Assembly (NCBI RefSeq): GCF_018977255.1
Contig: NW_024704742.1
Span: 117,926,001 to 117,990,000 of the forward strand
Reading direction: 5' to 3'
DNA length: 64,000 nucleotides
Source of the DNA: Callorhinchus milii
Lineage: Eukaryota
The notes beneath the pieces were generated by a model. It was not told the DNA's origin and ran no database searches. It saw only the letters and a program-made list of their open reading frames with translations. Both the position numbers and the translations under genes were made by a program. This document shows, piece after piece, positions 63,185 to 64,000 of the stretch; positions within the stretch are counted from its first letter, which is position 1; each line of letters begins with the position of its first letter.

Positions 63185-63214
63185 GGTCAAGTCAATCGAT
63201 CGTGCCTTTGGTGG

Positions 63215-63349
63215 TCCTCCACCTCTCTGCCTTCCCTCACCCCTACCCCTCCCCTATGCTCGGGTCCTGACTGACCTCTGACTGTCCAGCACCTTGGGAC
63301 GTCCTCCCTACGTGAAAGGCGCTCTATAAATGTAATTTTGCTGTTGTTT
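63215..63349 (+). mobile_element. L2 3' UTR/tail fragment
   Basis: tgctcgggtcctgac..agcaccttgggacgtcctccctacgtgaaaggcgctctataaatgtaattttgctgttgtt is the same family as 110-372. Confidence 0.8.
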
Positions 63350-63857
63350 ATACACCAACTGTGAAACAGAAGAACCTCCTTTTTTGTCAAAGATCTCCTG
63401 TTAGCAGTCTGGGTGACCTTTGCTGCATGCCTAATTTTGCCATCAACTAGTTGCAAGAAAATCCCAAGGTGCTGGACAATCAGTGTTTCAAACCCAAATT
63501 GGGAGTTGGGATCGGAGAGGATGGAGGTCAGGGAGGAAGGAGGTTGACTGAAGGGATGGTCGAACCAAGTCTTTTTCACTTGGCGAAATAAGTTATCAGG
63601 AGTTTACTGTGTATGTCACGTTTAAGAATAAATTTGGCAATGTTTTTAATCTATGGGTATATTTGAGTACAACAATTTATGGATATGTTTTATTAAAGTT
63701 TGCTTTCCTGGCAATTTATACATTTTAAATGTTCTTTAAGCTTTTACATCTTTAAATCTAACATATTTTGAAATATATTCCTATTTACATTTAAAATGCC
63801 TTTTGCATCAGGAAGGCATCCAGCCTTGGGATGTTCTCCAAACATTGTATTGTATCT

Positions 63858-64000
63858 CGCCCACAAAATATACAGTCAATTCATTTTACAGTATATTCTA
63901 TGAAGTGCTTTGAGACATCTCTTCTGCGATAAGGTGCTATATCAACAACAACATTTCATTTAAAGAGCGCCTTTCACATCGGGAGGACGTCCCAAGGCGC
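63858..64000. mobile_element. SINE tail (+) abutting an L2 tail (-) at the window end
   Basis: cgcccacaaaatatacagtcaattc..aaggtgctatatc followed by caacaacaaca..agcgcctttcacatcgggaggacgtcccaaggcgc. Confidence 0.75.

Overview
Eukaryotic vertebrate genomic DNA, most likely a cartilaginous fish, possibly a chimaera (inferred from the repeat families and protein divergence). It holds two genes on the minus strand. The first is the complete three-exon homeobox gene OTP (orthopedia): CDS 33672-33636, 32468-32080 and 24931-24428, 309 aa, with a paired-like homeodomain and a C-terminal OAR motif. The second is TBCA (tubulin folding cofactor A), exons 2-4 at 53645-53540, 45022-44936 and 42872-42792; exon 1 was not found and probably lies beyond the right edge. 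The OTP-TBCA order and orientation match human. Both flanks are dense in old retroelements: tRNA-Ala-headed SINEs with L2-type tails, Deu-domain SINEs, L2 and CR1 LINE fragments, LF-SINE-like remnants and a Harbinger transposase fossil. About 22 kb around OTP is CpG-richer, almost free of transposons and full of TAAT-rich enhancer-like blocks. The most unusual local structures are a 10-copy composite minisatellite in OTP intron 2, AG-free repeat tracts of about 600 and 350 nt before both OTP splice acceptors, a 48-bp-arm hairpin in TBCA intron 1, and an Arg-to-Trp change at a deeply conserved TBCA position. I see no evidence of a prokaryotic-type system. Exon boundaries were read base by base; repeat boundaries are approximate (tens of bp) and repeat family names come from memory, not from a search.
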